From assembly GCA_964495875.1 (NCBI GenBank), contig CAZBWB010000001.1:78483-142482 (forward strand): a stretch of DNA of 64,000 nt. Direction: 5' to 3'. The notes under the pieces were generated by a model. It was not told where the DNA came from and did no database searches. It saw only the letters and a list, made by a program, of their open reading frames with translations. This document shows, one piece after another, positions 29,228-38,716 of the stretch (the first letter of the stretch is position 1; every line of letters begins with the position of its first letter). This stretch comes from Candidatus Woesearchaeota archaeon (GTDB taxonomy: Archaea > Nanobdellota > Nanobdellia > Pacearchaeales > GW2011-AR1). The position numbers and the translations under genes were made by a program.

Positions 29228-30154
29228 TTAATAAGAAACCTCTTTTGTCTGGACAGTATGCCAATAAGGATAATCTCCTTCTCTTTCTATCATTCCGTGT
29301 TCTTTAACTAAATAATCAATCCATTCTTCGGAATCTAAAAATTCTGTTCTAAAAACATTTTCTCTTTCAGACAAAATCTTTTCTATTTTTGCCCCATACT
29401 TTTTAGCTGCTTCTCCAAATGCTTTATCCCCTAACGAAGAATGAGAAATAATAAGCCTTCCTCCATTATTCAAATGATTTGGAGCATCTCTTAAAATATC
29501 TTCTAATAATCCTGTTCCTTCAAAAAGAGGATTCAATGGTCTCTCCAAACTTGGATAAGAGGGAATTGCTGGAGGAGCACTTGCTAAAATTACATCGTAT
29601 CTTTCAGGAACAGAAGAAAGTCCATCACTGACAAAAAAAGAAGGTAATTTTAATTTTTTATTTCCAACAGATTTGTAATAATTAATTAGCGCACTTCCTA
29701 CGCAATGAGGATTTATATCTGAAAAATCTAATTTTTTCAGGTTTCCTTTTTTCATAGCATAAATTCCTGCTATGCCTGTCCCGCAACATAAATCCAATAC
29801 TTTCTCTGCCTGTTGTAAATATGCTGATTTTCTCTGACCATTTAAATGAACCATAGTATCAATAGAGCAAGGCCAAGTTCCATTAAGTTTATGCCATGTA
29901 TTATAAACTCCATCATATTCTGTTGTTAAAGGTAATCCTTCTTCATTAAATAAAGCAAAAATCAATTTTCCATTATCAAGAGAAGCAAGTTTCTCAGAAT
30001 CAAGAGCCAACACAGGATTTTCTATCTCACCTAACAAAAAAAAGTTATTTGAAGTAAAGGATGCAAAGAGTTTTGGTGTCCCTAATCTTATAAGTGTTCC
30101 TGCAAATTCATAAAAACTCTGCCTGCTCAGATCAGTTTCATATTTCACTATCAT
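29228..30154 (-). CDS. class I SAM-dependent methyltransferase (small MTase domain, HemK/RsmC-like fold)
   Basis: Motif I VLDLCCGTGIAG. Acidic beta2 end DFSDIN. A motif IV-like VILASAPP. There is a ~110-aa N-terminal extension. Confidence 0.5.
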   Translation of the reverse strand: MIVKYETDLSRQSFYEFAGTLIRLGTPKLFASFTSNNFFLLGEIENPVLALDSEKLASLDNGKLIFALFNEEGLPLTTEYDGVYNTWHKLNGTWPCSIDTMVHLNGQRKSAYLQQAEKVLDLCCGTGIAGIYAMKKGNLKKLDFSDINPHCVGSALINYYKSVGNKKLKLPSFFVSDGLSSVPERYDVILASAPPAIPSYPSLERPLNPLFEGTGLLEDILRDAPNHLNNGGRLIISHSSLGDKAFGEAAKKYGAKIEKILSERENVFRTEFLDSEEWIDYLVKEHGMIEREGDYPYWHTVQTKEVSY

Positions 30155-30268
30155 AAAAGAAGGGCAAATTATTTAATTTATAAACTTTTCTTTTTATTAC
30201 TCTAAGAAAACAAATAATAACCTCCCCACAATCTATTTCTCCCAAAATGTATTTCATATAATTAGAAT

Positions 30269-30595
30269 CTATTTATCTGTCTTATATAATCCATTGCTTG
30301 TTCTTTCTGGCAAATATGTAACAAAGAATGAATGGCATGCTCTGGCACAATCCAAAGCTGCTTCAGCTTCCATATCCTTTGCTACTCTTGATTCATTGAT
30401 TGAGAGTTTAAATCTTAATAAAGCAGTTTCAAGAACCTTTATCTCATAAGGCGCGAGAAATTTTTTGAATTGATTACATTTATCCCTCATTTCTCTAAAA
30501 TATTTATTACCCAAAGTATCACTATCACAAAAACCAAGTCCGTTAGTCACAAGAGATTCTATCCTGTTTTGAATTTCAGTTTTTTCCTCTTGCAT
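30269..30595 (-). CDS. hypothetical protein (108 aa)
   Basis: ORF from the track. Four Cys residues. Confidence 0.4.
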   Translation of the reverse strand: MQEEKTEIQNRIESLVTNGLGFCDSDTLGNKYFREMRDKCNQFKKFLAPYEIKVLETALLRFKLSINESRVAKDMEAEAALDCARACHSFFVTYLPERTSNGLYKTDK

Positions 30596-30671
30596 ATTTG
30601 AAATAAAAAATGAAAATCATCTTATAAAGATTTGTATAATAAAACGCCCATGCCGATGCCCTTGGGAGCGT

Positions 30672-30854
30672 TTATTTTTTCTTAAAGGATATCACAGGGA
30701 TTAATGTACCTAAGGCTACAGCCCCAATAAAAGCTCCAAGAACTCTTACCCAGATTTCTGGAGAGATTAATCCTCCAAGGTATGAACCTAAAAATCCCCC
30801 GGCAGTTGCTGAAATTACTGCAACTAAAATCCTTTTGCCTAATTTTTTAGCCAT
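30672..30854 (-). CDS. small two-helix membrane protein (60 aa)
   Basis: Gly-zipper-rich hydrophobic sequence AVISATAGGFLGSYLGGLI...GAFIGAVALGTLIPV. Confidence 0.3.
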   Translation of the reverse strand: MAKKLGKRILVAVISATAGGFLGSYLGGLISPEIWVRVLGAFIGAVALGTLIPVISFKKK

Positions 30855-30912
30855 ATTTATGAAATGTATTATAAATTTTTAAAACTTTCTATGCCTGTCT
30901 CGGGAGTAGAAG

Positions 30913-31075
30913 CGCCCACGCCGGGAGTCGAACCCGGGTTATATCCGTTCTGCGGAAAGGTACCATCCTGGTGCCCATCAGTCATGAACCATCCTTAAAG
31001 GAGGTTGACTGTCAAGGAACCTTGGTTCCTTACATCCGCGACAGGGATATGTCATAGCCGTTAGACCACGTAGGC
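30913..31075 (-). tRNA. tRNA-Asp (anticodon GTC) with a ~91-nt intron
   Basis: Minus strand: acceptor GCCTACG/CGTGGGC+G. Anticodon stem TATCC, loop CTGTCGC. T-arm CCGGG-TTCGACT-CCCGG. About 91 nt separate the loop from the distal 3' stem strand GGATA. As in tRNA-Gly, the intron 5' end CGGATG mimics the stem strand, so the intron position is ambiguous. Confidence 0.55.
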
Positions 31076-31136
31076 TTTTGTAACTATAACTTATCTTGTG
31101 GAAATCAATTTTTAAAACTTACTACATCAGAAATTT

Positions 31137-31445
31137 TTAGTTAGAATCAGACTCTTTTTCTTGCACAGAAGAATATAATTCTTTTGCTTTACCTAAATTA
31201 ACCAAATATCCGCATCTGCTTCTTCCAAATTTTATAGCAGAATCAAAATCCAATACACGAAAATGGTTTTCCAAAGAAGAAAGAGCATCTATAGTTTCAT
31301 CATGGCTTTTATTTTCCACAACATCCCCCAATTGTTTTTGAGGTTTGTGATAACTTATTGCTTTAACTGAATCAGTTACTACTTTTTTGAGAATTTCAAT
31401 CTGATATCCATTTAATATTCGTTCTTCAGTTTGCATATTATCCAC
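31137..31445 (-). CDS. hypothetical protein (102 aa)
   Basis: ORF from the track. Confidence 0.4.
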   Translation of the reverse strand: MDNMQTEERILNGYQIEILKKVVTDSVKAISYHKPQKQLGDVVENKSHDETIDALSSLENHFRVLDFDSAIKFGRSRCGYLVNLGKAKELYSSVQEKESDSN

Positions 31446-31526
31446 AGATAATTAGGTTTTATATAGATTTATATCATCAAAAACATCAGTTATAATAACA
31501 TATCAAAAAATAAATTCTTTCAATTT

Positions 31527-31730
31527 TCAGGAAGGATATTCAGAAGATATTTCAGCACCAACAACCTGGCTGTTTAATATACTCCAATCTCTGTCTCTTC
31601 TTAACCGATTCTTATCAATTAAAGTTTCAATTGCTTCTCTTTCTAATCTTTCAGTGGTCTCATTAAATGCTGTTGCTGGTTCGGCAGTCTCCTCAAATTC
31701 TTCAACTATCTTCAACATATATGGTTTCAT
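31527..31730 (-). CDS. small hypothetical protein (67 aa)
   Basis: ORF from the track. Confidence 0.3.
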   Translation of the reverse strand: MKPYMLKIVEEFEETAEPATAFNETTERLEREAIETLIDKNRLRRDRDWSILNSQVVGAEISSEYPS

Positions 31731-31875
31731 TTTTTCCTTTCTTTATTTAAATAACAGTAAATATAACCAATTGCCCCAAGAGCATTAAAGCACAAACACC
31801 AAAATAGGAACCAACCCCAACTAAAATTAGTTTTTTTTATTTCATTTATTTGTGCGTCAGTTAATTCTTCTATAT

Positions 31876-32121
31876 TCATTTCCTTTTTTTTGTTCTTTTA
31901 ACAAAAGTGTAAATAATAGAAACTATGAAATAAATAGGAATCAAGATAACTGCAATACTAAAAAAGAAAGGGTCTTCAATTTTAATTTGAAAAACTCCTG
32001 AAGAAATCGCATAAACAATGTTGTGAAAAAAAACAGCAATAATCCAAATCATCAGAGCAATAGCTGTCTTTTTCCAAGTTAATAAAAGATATTTATCCCA
32101 TCTGATTTTTCTTTTATTCAT
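31876..32121 (-). CDS. small membrane protein (81 aa)
   Basis: Two TM helices. Confidence 0.3.
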   Translation of the reverse strand: MNKRKIRWDKYLLLTWKKTAIALMIWIIAVFFHNIVYAISSGVFQIKIEDPFFFSIAVILIPIYFIVSIIYTFVKRTKKRK

Positions 32122-32168
32122 TTTTTCCTCTCATTTTATTTTTACGAGATAATTTATTTTAAATATTT

Positions 32169-33449
32169 CTATGCTTTTTTACTAATTTTTATCTCTTTAA
32201 ATCCAGTATATTTCCATAAAACTTTTGGGATTTTTATGCTCCCGTCCTTTTGCTGATAATTTTCAATAATAGCAACCATTATTCTTGAAGTTGCCAAGGC
32301 AGTATTATTCAAAGTATGCAAAACATATCTCCCCCCCTTAGGACTAACTCCCCTAATATTCAAATCTCTTGCCTGATAATCTGTGCAATTGCTCAAAGAC
32401 ATAATTTCCTCATAATTTTTTGTTGTCGGTCTGTAAACTTCAATATCCTCGCTCTTTGCTTTCCAGTCAGCCAAATCTCCTGCGCAGCATTCAACAACCC
32501 TGTAAACCAATCCTAATTTCTTCATAATCTCTTCTGAATTTTTCTTCAGCTCTTCATAATATTTCCAGGAATCCTGAGGATGACAAAAGACAAACTGCTC
32601 AACTTTGTTAAACTGATGAGTTCTCCAGAGCCCTTTCTCATTTATTCCGTGACTTCCAATCTCTTTCCTAAAACACATCGAATATCCGTAAAACTTCAGG
32701 GGCAGTTCTTTCTCCTTAACAGTCTTGTCAGATAACATTCCTAAAATAGAATCTTCTGCAGTAGGAATCAGATACAAATCCTCTCCTTCAATTTTATATA
32801 ATCCTGTTTTGAATGCCTCAAAATCCCCTTTTGCTTTCACAATTTTTTTATTCACCATCAACGGCGGTTCAATGTATTCATATCCTTTTGCCTTCATAAA
32901 ATCAATTGCAAAATTAATCAATGCCTTGTTCAGCAGAGCCAAGTCCCCTTTCAAATAATAAAAGCCATTTCCAGAAGTTTTTGCAGATGCATCAAAATCA
33001 GCAATCCCGAGTTTCTCAACAATCTTAACATGATTCTTTATAGGAAAAGAAAATTTGGGAATCTTGCCGGATTTTTTTCTCACAACATTTTCTGTCTCAT
33101 TTTTTCCAGCAGGAACTTTGTCGTGCATCAAATTAGGAATATCATACAGCTTCTCTTTTAATCTTCTGTAAATTTCTTTTTCTTTTTCACCCAGTTTTTT
33201 CATTTTGTCAGGAATTTCTTTTGCTTTTTTAAGCAACTTAGAAATATTTCTCTTTTCTTTTTTCGCTTTATTGATTTCTTTAGAAATCTTGTTTCTTTCA
33301 GCCCTTAATTTATCCGCATTTAATTTAATTTTTCTCCACTCTTCATCAATCTCCAAAACTTCTCCAACAATTAAATCACTCTTCCCTTTTTTCTTTATAT
33401 TTTTTCTGTAAACCTCTGGCCTCTCTCTCAAATCTTTTAAATCAATCAT
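32169..33449 (-). CDS. serS: seryl-tRNA synthetase (class II)
   Basis: N-terminal coiled-coil tRNA-binding arm. Class II motifs, including FRKEIGSHG (motif 2 region) and a motif 3 region. 426 aa. Confidence 0.9.
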   Translation of the reverse strand: MIDLKDLRERPEVYRKNIKKKGKSDLIVGEVLEIDEEWRKIKLNADKLRAERNKISKEINKAKKEKRNISKLLKKAKEIPDKMKKLGEKEKEIYRRLKEKLYDIPNLMHDKVPAGKNETENVVRKKSGKIPKFSFPIKNHVKIVEKLGIADFDASAKTSGNGFYYLKGDLALLNKALINFAIDFMKAKGYEYIEPPLMVNKKIVKAKGDFEAFKTGLYKIEGEDLYLIPTAEDSILGMLSDKTVKEKELPLKFYGYSMCFRKEIGSHGINEKGLWRTHQFNKVEQFVFCHPQDSWKYYEELKKNSEEIMKKLGLVYRVVECCAGDLADWKAKSEDIEVYRPTTKNYEEIMSLSNCTDYQARDLNIRGVSPKGGRYVLHTLNNTALATSRIMVAIIENYQQKDGSIKIPKVLWKYTGFKEIKISKKA

Positions 33450-33523
33450 AACAGCAACAAAGCAAAGTTGTATTTAAATGTTATCAACGACACTTTTAAA
33501 AATAGAAATAACATAATTAAATC

Positions 33524-34198
33524 ATGACAGAGGTGATTGGAAATTTTACAGCTCCAATTGTAGAGATATATGATGCGTTTATTTCATCACTTCCAATTTG
33601 GGCACAAAATTTTGTAAATTTATTTTTCCTGATAATACTAGTTTTCCTTTATTCTTTATTTATATGGAAGTTTTACAGATTCATAGCAACAAAAAATATT
33701 TTTGGATTAGACCTTAACAAATACAATAAATCCCAACATCCTTTTGTAACAAAACTTATTGCGGGCAGTTTTTATTTTTTGGAGTACATCATTATTTTGC
33801 CGTTCATAATTTTCTTCTGGTTTGCGATATTTACTTTTTTCCTGATATTATTAACAGAAGACTTAAAAGTTAGTGCTCTCCTGACAGTGTCTGCAATTAT
33901 TATTGCTGTAGTAAGGTTGTCATGTTATTACAAAGAAGATCTTGCAAAAGACCTTGCCAAACTCCTGCCTTTCACCCTTCTCGCAGTTTCATTGCTCAAT
34001 CCGAATTTTTTTAATTTTGAAAGAATAATCAGCAATATTTCAGAACTCCCAAGTTTCTTGAGTAAAATAATAATCTATCTGTTATTTATAATCAGTTTGG
34101 AGATAATCTTAAGACTTTTCGATTTTATATTTTCTCTGTTCGGACTGGAAGAAATAAATGAAGAGGTAAAAGAAGAGGAACAACAACAATCTCCTTAA
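33524..34198 (+). CDS. polytopic membrane protein (224 aa)
   Basis: Five to six hydrophobic helices. Acidic C-terminus. Confidence 0.45.
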   Translation: MTEVIGNFTAPIVEIYDAFISSLPIWAQNFVNLFFLIILVFLYSLFIWKFYRFIATKNIFGLDLNKYNKSQHPFVTKLIAGSFYFLEYIIILPFIIFFWFAIFTFFLILLTEDLKVSALLTVSAIIIAVVRLSCYYKEDLAKDLAKLLPFTLLAVSLLNPNFFNFERIISNISELPSFLSKIIIYLLFIISLEIILRLFDFIFSLFGLEEINEEVKEEEQQQSP

Positions 34199-35916
34199 TT
34201 TCTTTCAACATGGGGATGTTCATGTCCTTTAGCAGTCATTTCTGAAAGCATCTTTATATGCTTGGATTTTTCTTCTTTGTATTTTTCATTGTTCGTTTTC
34301 AGCTCTTTAATCATCTTAGCAACATATTCTCCTCCCAAAAAGTGCGGAGTCAAAACATAACTCGCCCCTTTCTTATAAAGTTCCATTGCCTCGCTAATCT
34401 GATGAGCCCGGACAATAATTACTGAATCAGGATTCATAAGCCGGATTTGTTCGATAAGCAATTCGTTTGTTTCAAAATCAGGAACAGTGGAAATAACCAG
34501 TTTGACTTTATCCAAAGGCAATTCATCTAGTAAATCAGAATCAAAAGCATCTCCATACAAACAAGGTATCCTAAGTTTAGTCAAGTCAGAAATAACATCG
34601 GGATTAAAATCAACAATAAGATAATTCTGTTTTATTTTCTTCAAAGACCTCAAAATATTAAAACCAATCCTGTTGTAACCAAATAAAATCGCATCATATT
34701 GTTTTTTAACTCTTCTCTCCTTTCTAGCATCTTTTCTTTCAAAAATCCCTATAAATCCTTTCATTTTTTTGTAAAATCCATTAGCATAAATAATCATATA
34801 TGTTGAAAATGTGATTGTTATAATTCCTGTCAAAGTCAGGGTTGAAAGAAGTTCAGAAGAAACATGCCCGACTGCAACCCCAAGTGCAAGAATGATTAAA
34901 GAAAATTCTGAAATTTGAGCTAATGTGGTTCCGACAAGGAAATTGGTTCTTTTTGTATATCTAAAAAATGCCAGGAAAGTCATTAAAACCAATGGCTTAA
35001 AAATTAAGACAATCAAAGATAAAATCAAAGCACTAATAAGAATTTTTCCAATATTTGCAATCTGTACATTTAATCCAAGGATTATGAAAAATATAATCAA
35101 AAAGAAATCACGCAAAGGACGAATTTTTGCAGTGATTTCTGCACTATATGGAGATATTGAAAGAGCAACTCCTGCTATCAAAGCCCCAATCTCAATTGAA
35201 AAACCAATATAACTAAATGCTGCTGCAATCACAAATGCCCAAGTAATTGAGAATAAAAATAATAATTCCTGAGACCTGGCGATATTCTTAGTGAACCTGG
35301 GTAAGAGAACAAATCCAATTAAAAATATCATAACTATCAATCCTGCTCCTCCGAGAAAGGTCTTCAAAGCCATAGAACCAAAATTCACACTGCCTGATAC
35401 TGAAGAGATAAACATTAAAACAGCAACAGCAACCAAGTCCTGAATAATCAAAATACCAATTGAAATTTTTCCGTAAAGAGAGTCAATATTTTTCTCATCA
35501 GAAAGCAGTTTCATTATGATGATTGTGCTGCTGAATGCCAAAGCAATACCAACATAAGATGAAGCAATAATGCTTAAATCGAGTAATTTGAAAGCAATTA
35601 AAAAACCAAGTCCAAAAGTCAAAAGCATTTGCCCAAGTCCAACAAACAAAGAAGATATTCCAATTTCTTTAATAACTTTAGGATTTAAATGCAAACCCAC
35701 GATAAAAAGCAAAAAAGCAATCCCAAATTTTGAAAAAGTATGTATGAGTTCTTCAGAAGCTCCTATATCAATTATCCCAAGTTGCAGAATCAAGGCAATG
35801 CCGATACCTGCAACAATATAACCAATAATTACCGGCTGTTTGAAAATCCTGATTATATACGCCACGATAAATGCAGCAAAAAGAATAATTGCCAGTTGAA
35901 TGAATATCAGGTCCAT
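34195..35916 (-). CDS. monovalent cation:proton antiporter (CPA2, KefB/KefC-like) with a C-terminal RCK/TrkA-N domain
   Basis: About 12 TM helices, then a Rossmann-like segment ILFGYNRIGFNILRSLKK...VDFNPDV...YGDAFDSDLLDEL. Confidence 0.75.
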   Translation of the reverse strand: MDLIFIQLAIILFAAFIVAYIIRIFKQPVIIGYIVAGIGIALILQLGIIDIGASEELIHTFSKFGIAFLLFIVGLHLNPKVIKEIGISSLFVGLGQMLLTFGLGFLIAFKLLDLSIIASSYVGIALAFSSTIIIMKLLSDEKNIDSLYGKISIGILIIQDLVAVAVLMFISSVSGSVNFGSMALKTFLGGAGLIVMIFLIGFVLLPRFTKNIARSQELLFLFSITWAFVIAAAFSYIGFSIEIGALIAGVALSISPYSAEITAKIRPLRDFFLIIFFIILGLNVQIANIGKILISALILSLIVLIFKPLVLMTFLAFFRYTKRTNFLVGTTLAQISEFSLIILALGVAVGHVSSELLSTLTLTGIITITFSTYMIIYANGFYKKMKGFIGIFERKDARKERRVKKQYDAILFGYNRIGFNILRSLKKIKQNYLIVDFNPDVISDLTKLRIPCLYGDAFDSDLLDELPLDKVKLVISTVPDFETNELLIEQIRLMNPDSVIIVRAHQISEAMELYKKGASYVLTPHFLGGEYVAKMIKELKTNNEKYKEEKSKHIKMLSEMTAKGHEHPHVERN

Positions 35917-35985
35917 TTGCTCTTTTTTATTAAAAGCAGGTGATACTATAAAAAGGTTTTTAAATAAAATTCGAATCTTATCCTT

Positions 35986-36294
35986 ATGTCCAAGATAAGA
36001 ATTAAACTTAACAGCACAAATATAGAAATGCTCAATGCTATCTGTGAGAATATTCGGGAAATTGCCAAAAAATCAGGCATAGTTATCTCTGGTCCTGTCC
36101 CTTTGCCGACGAAAAAGGTTAAAATCACCACGAGAAAATCTCCATGCGGAGACGGAACTGCAACTTTTGACAGATTTGAAATGAGAATTCACAAAAGACT
36201 GATTGATTTTCCTACAAATGAAAAGGTTCTGCATCATATCATGAGAATGCACATTCCAAAAAACGTCAATATAAAAATTGAGATGAAAGACTAA
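35986..36294 (+). CDS. rps10: 30S ribosomal protein S10 (uS10)
   Basis: IRIKLNSTNIEMLNAICENIREIAKKSGIVISGPVPLPTKKVKITTRKSPCGDGTATFDRFEMRIHKRLIDF matches the uS10 family. Confidence 0.9.
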   Translation: MSKIRIKLNSTNIEMLNAICENIREIAKKSGIVISGPVPLPTKKVKITTRKSPCGDGTATFDRFEMRIHKRLIDFPTNEKVLHHIMRMHIPKNVNIKIEMKD

Positions 36295-36362
36295 AATATA
36301 TCTTCTATCACCAGATTTTTCAAAACCAAAATACTTATAAACCCTAAATCCAGTATATAATT

Positions 36363-36407
36363 GTCTAACTTCGGTTAGACGTTGGGGGTAGACTTCGGTT
36401 TGCTCCC
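36363..36407 (+). other. two consecutive UUCG-tetraloop hairpins immediately downstream of rps10 (terminator or small structured RNA)
   Basis: gtctaac-TTCG-gttagac, a perfect 7-bp stem, at 36363-36380. gggggtagac-TTCG-gtttgctccc, a 10-bp stem with G.U pairs, at 36384-36407. Both are GC-rich relative to surroundings. Confidence 0.3.
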
Positions 36408-36461
36408 TTTATATTCTTTGATTATACAAAACTTTATAAAATTCTTCTATTAACAGATAAT

Positions 36462-36815
36462 ATGGAAAAAGACATTGGAAAAATAAAGAAAAACGATATA
36501 GCAGATATCATCGTGAGAGTGGATGACTTTGGAGGCAGAAAAGGGCTTACGATACGAGAATTTATTACAGGAGATAGATATACAGGATTTACAAAAGCTG
36601 GAGTAAGAATTTTGGCAACTGACTTTCCAAAATTCAAGGAAATGATAAACTCTATCACTGAAGAAGACATGAAAGAAGCTCCTGAAGAGCAAAGTGAAGA
36701 GCAACCTGAACCAGGACAAGAAACCCTGGATGAAAGTATTAAAGAAAAAGAACAATCTCCAAAAGATGAAGAAATTGAAGTAGAAAAACCCGGAGAGGAA
36801 TTGCCTGATTATTAA
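36462..36815 (+). CDS. PC4/Sub1-like (transcriptional coactivator p15-type) ssDNA-binding domain protein with an acidic tail
   Basis: KNDIADIIVRVDDFGGRKGLTIREFITGDRYTGFTKAGVRILATDFPKFKEMI follows the PC4 C-terminal domain pattern (V.DFKG...DIREYY...P.KKGI.L...). Confidence 0.45.
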   Translation: MEKDIGKIKKNDIADIIVRVDDFGGRKGLTIREFITGDRYTGFTKAGVRILATDFPKFKEMINSITEEDMKEAPEEQSEEQPEPGQETLDESIKEKEQSPKDEEIEVEKPGEELPDY

Positions 36816-36854
36816 GCCCAAAACTTTTAAAATCTATTTTTTCTGTATTAGTTA

Positions 36855-37190
36855 ATGAAAATAAAAAAAATATGGATAACTCTAACCGTGGTTATTGCTG
36901 TTGTAATTTTCGCAGTATTGATTATAAGTCGCTCTCCTGATGGAGCCTCAAAACAAACAACTATGTGTATTGCAGAGCATTCTCAACTCTATATTCAGCT
37001 GGGTTGCCATGCTTGTGAAATTCAGGAAGAAATGTTCGAAGATAATTACAAATATTTAAATGTGATAGATTGTTTCTTTGAAAGAGAAAAATGCACAGAT
37101 ATTCAATATACTCCAACCTGGATTATAAACGGAGAAAAATATACAGGAGTTCAAAGTATTGAAAAATTAAAAGAGCTTACAGGATGTTAA
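36855..37190 (+). CDS. membrane-anchored thioredoxin-fold protein (CxxC)
   Basis: N-terminal TM helix. Active-site-like LGCHACE. The length and spacing are compatible with a thioredoxin fold. Confidence 0.5.
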   Translation: MKIKKIWITLTVVIAVVIFAVLIISRSPDGASKQTTMCIAEHSQLYIQLGCHACEIQEEMFEDNYKYLNVIDCFFEREKCTDIQYTPTWIINGEKYTGVQSIEKLKELTGC

Positions 37191-37191
37191 C

Positions 37192-37896
37192 ATGGATGAT
37201 ATTTTAAATCTTGGAAGAATAACCGTACTTGCATTAGCTGATTCTGTAAACCCGTGTGCCCTTGCTGTTTTAGCTATGGTTTTAACAGCAATACTTATTC
37301 AAAATCCTGAAAAAAGAAAAAAAGTTTTATTCGGAGGTTTGGCGTTTGTAAGTGCGATTTATATCGGTTACTTATTCTATGGGGTTGTAATCATACAATT
37401 CTTTAAAGCATTTGCAGAATGGCTCAGAGAAAATTCATCTTATATTTATAAAGGTCTTGCAATCTTCGCTATGGTTTTAGGAGCACTGAATATCAAAGAT
37501 TTTTTCATTTACAAAAAAGGCGGACTTGCTACAGAAATGCCAATCTGGATGCGTCCAAAAGTCAAAAGAATCATAGACAAAATCACCTCTCCAAAAGGAG
37601 CCTTTGTAATCGGTTTTCTTGTCACATTATTTCTCTTGCCATGCACAATTGGTCCATACATTATAGCGTCTGGTTTGCTCTCTGAATTAGGAACTCTGAA
37701 AGCATTGCCATGGCTTTTATATTATAATTTATTATTCATTCTTCCTATGTTAATAATCGTTGGTTTAATCTATTATGGATTCACAAGAGTTCAGGAAGTT
37801 TCAGGATGGAAGGACAGGAACATCCGTAAACTGCATTTAATCGCAGGAATTCTGTTATTCGTAGTCGGAGTTGCTCTGCTTATGGGATGGATTTAA
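37192..37896 (+). CDS. CcdA/DsbD-family transmembrane disulfide-transfer protein
   Basis: Two conserved Cys in TM1 (DSVNPCALAVL) and TM4 (LLPCTIGPYI). Six TM helices. Adjacent to the thioredoxin-like gene with a 1-nt gap. Confidence 0.7.
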   Translation: MDDILNLGRITVLALADSVNPCALAVLAMVLTAILIQNPEKRKKVLFGGLAFVSAIYIGYLFYGVVIIQFFKAFAEWLRENSSYIYKGLAIFAMVLGALNIKDFFIYKKGGLATEMPIWMRPKVKRIIDKITSPKGAFVIGFLVTLFLLPCTIGPYIIASGLLSELGTLKALPWLLYYNLLFILPMLIIVGLIYYGFTRVQEVSGWKDRNIRKLHLIAGILLFVVGVALLMGWI

Positions 37897-37951
37897 ATCT
37901 GTACTAACTCTTAAACGAAAGTTATATAAAATAAATATCTAAAGAAATCAT

Positions 37952-38245
37952 ATGGGAAAATTAAACACCATTATAGATGATTTAACACAGGAAGAAATAA
38001 ATATCCTTATTAGCAGGGCGAATATCCACATGATTGGCAACAGAAAAACAGGCTTATCTAATTTAAAACTTTATAATGGTTCAGCAATAGGCGAGGTAAT
38101 AAAAAAAGGGACACGTTATTCAATACGTGTTTATGATGACGACAGAAATACATTAAGAAACTCTGCAATAGTGCAGGCAGGTATTGAACGAGTAAAAGAA
38201 ATTGCAAAAGATGTAAAATCTAAAAGAGAATATGACATAAACTAA
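37952..38245 (+). CDS. hypothetical protein (97 aa)
   Basis: ORF from the track. Confidence 0.35.
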   Translation: MGKLNTIIDDLTQEEINILISRANIHMIGNRKTGLSNLKLYNGSAIGEVIKKGTRYSIRVYDDDRNTLRNSAIVQAGIERVKEIAKDVKSKREYDIN

Positions 38246-38249
38246 CAAA

Positions 38250-38543
38250 TCAGTAATCTGGCAAAATTTCATTGTGCCCGAACTGAATAACCAAATCTAT
38301 CTTGGGTTTTAAATTTTCAAGCCCTTGTGGAATATCACAGGCACCATAACAACTTCCAAACCAAATCAAAAATTCAGCCTTTGTTTTTTCTTCCAGAAAA
38401 TCAACTATCGAGGTAGCATATTGTTTAAGACCGTCTGGAAATTGCAGCAAGACAAGTTTTGCTCTGTTTTTCTTTATCTCGCTGATAACTCTGTCTAAGT
38501 CCAGCTCATAAGTCTTTTCAAGTTCTTTAAGTGTTTTTTGCAT
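38250..38543 (-). pseudogene. truncated diphthamide synthase Dph2-like N-terminal fragment (97 aa of the ~330 expected)
   Basis: KLVLLQFPDGLKQYATSIVDFLEEKTKAEFLIWFGSCYGACDIPQGLENLKPKIDLVIQFGHNE matches the Dph2 N-terminus (LIQ.PEGL......L..FLEE......F..G...YGACD...........D.LIH.GH). The frame stops right after the GH motif. Confidence 0.5.
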
Positions 38544-38716
38544 AGAAAAACAGAATAAACTTCTTTTTTATAATTTTTGGGTGATAATAAACCTTTAAAA
38601 ACCCTCAATTCTTAGCATATATCAGAAGAGACGGAGCAATCAGTTAAAGATTATCTTCGGATTTTCTTTGCTGGCTTCGGACGTCTCCTTCTTGTTTTTT
38701 TTATGTTTATTAATAA

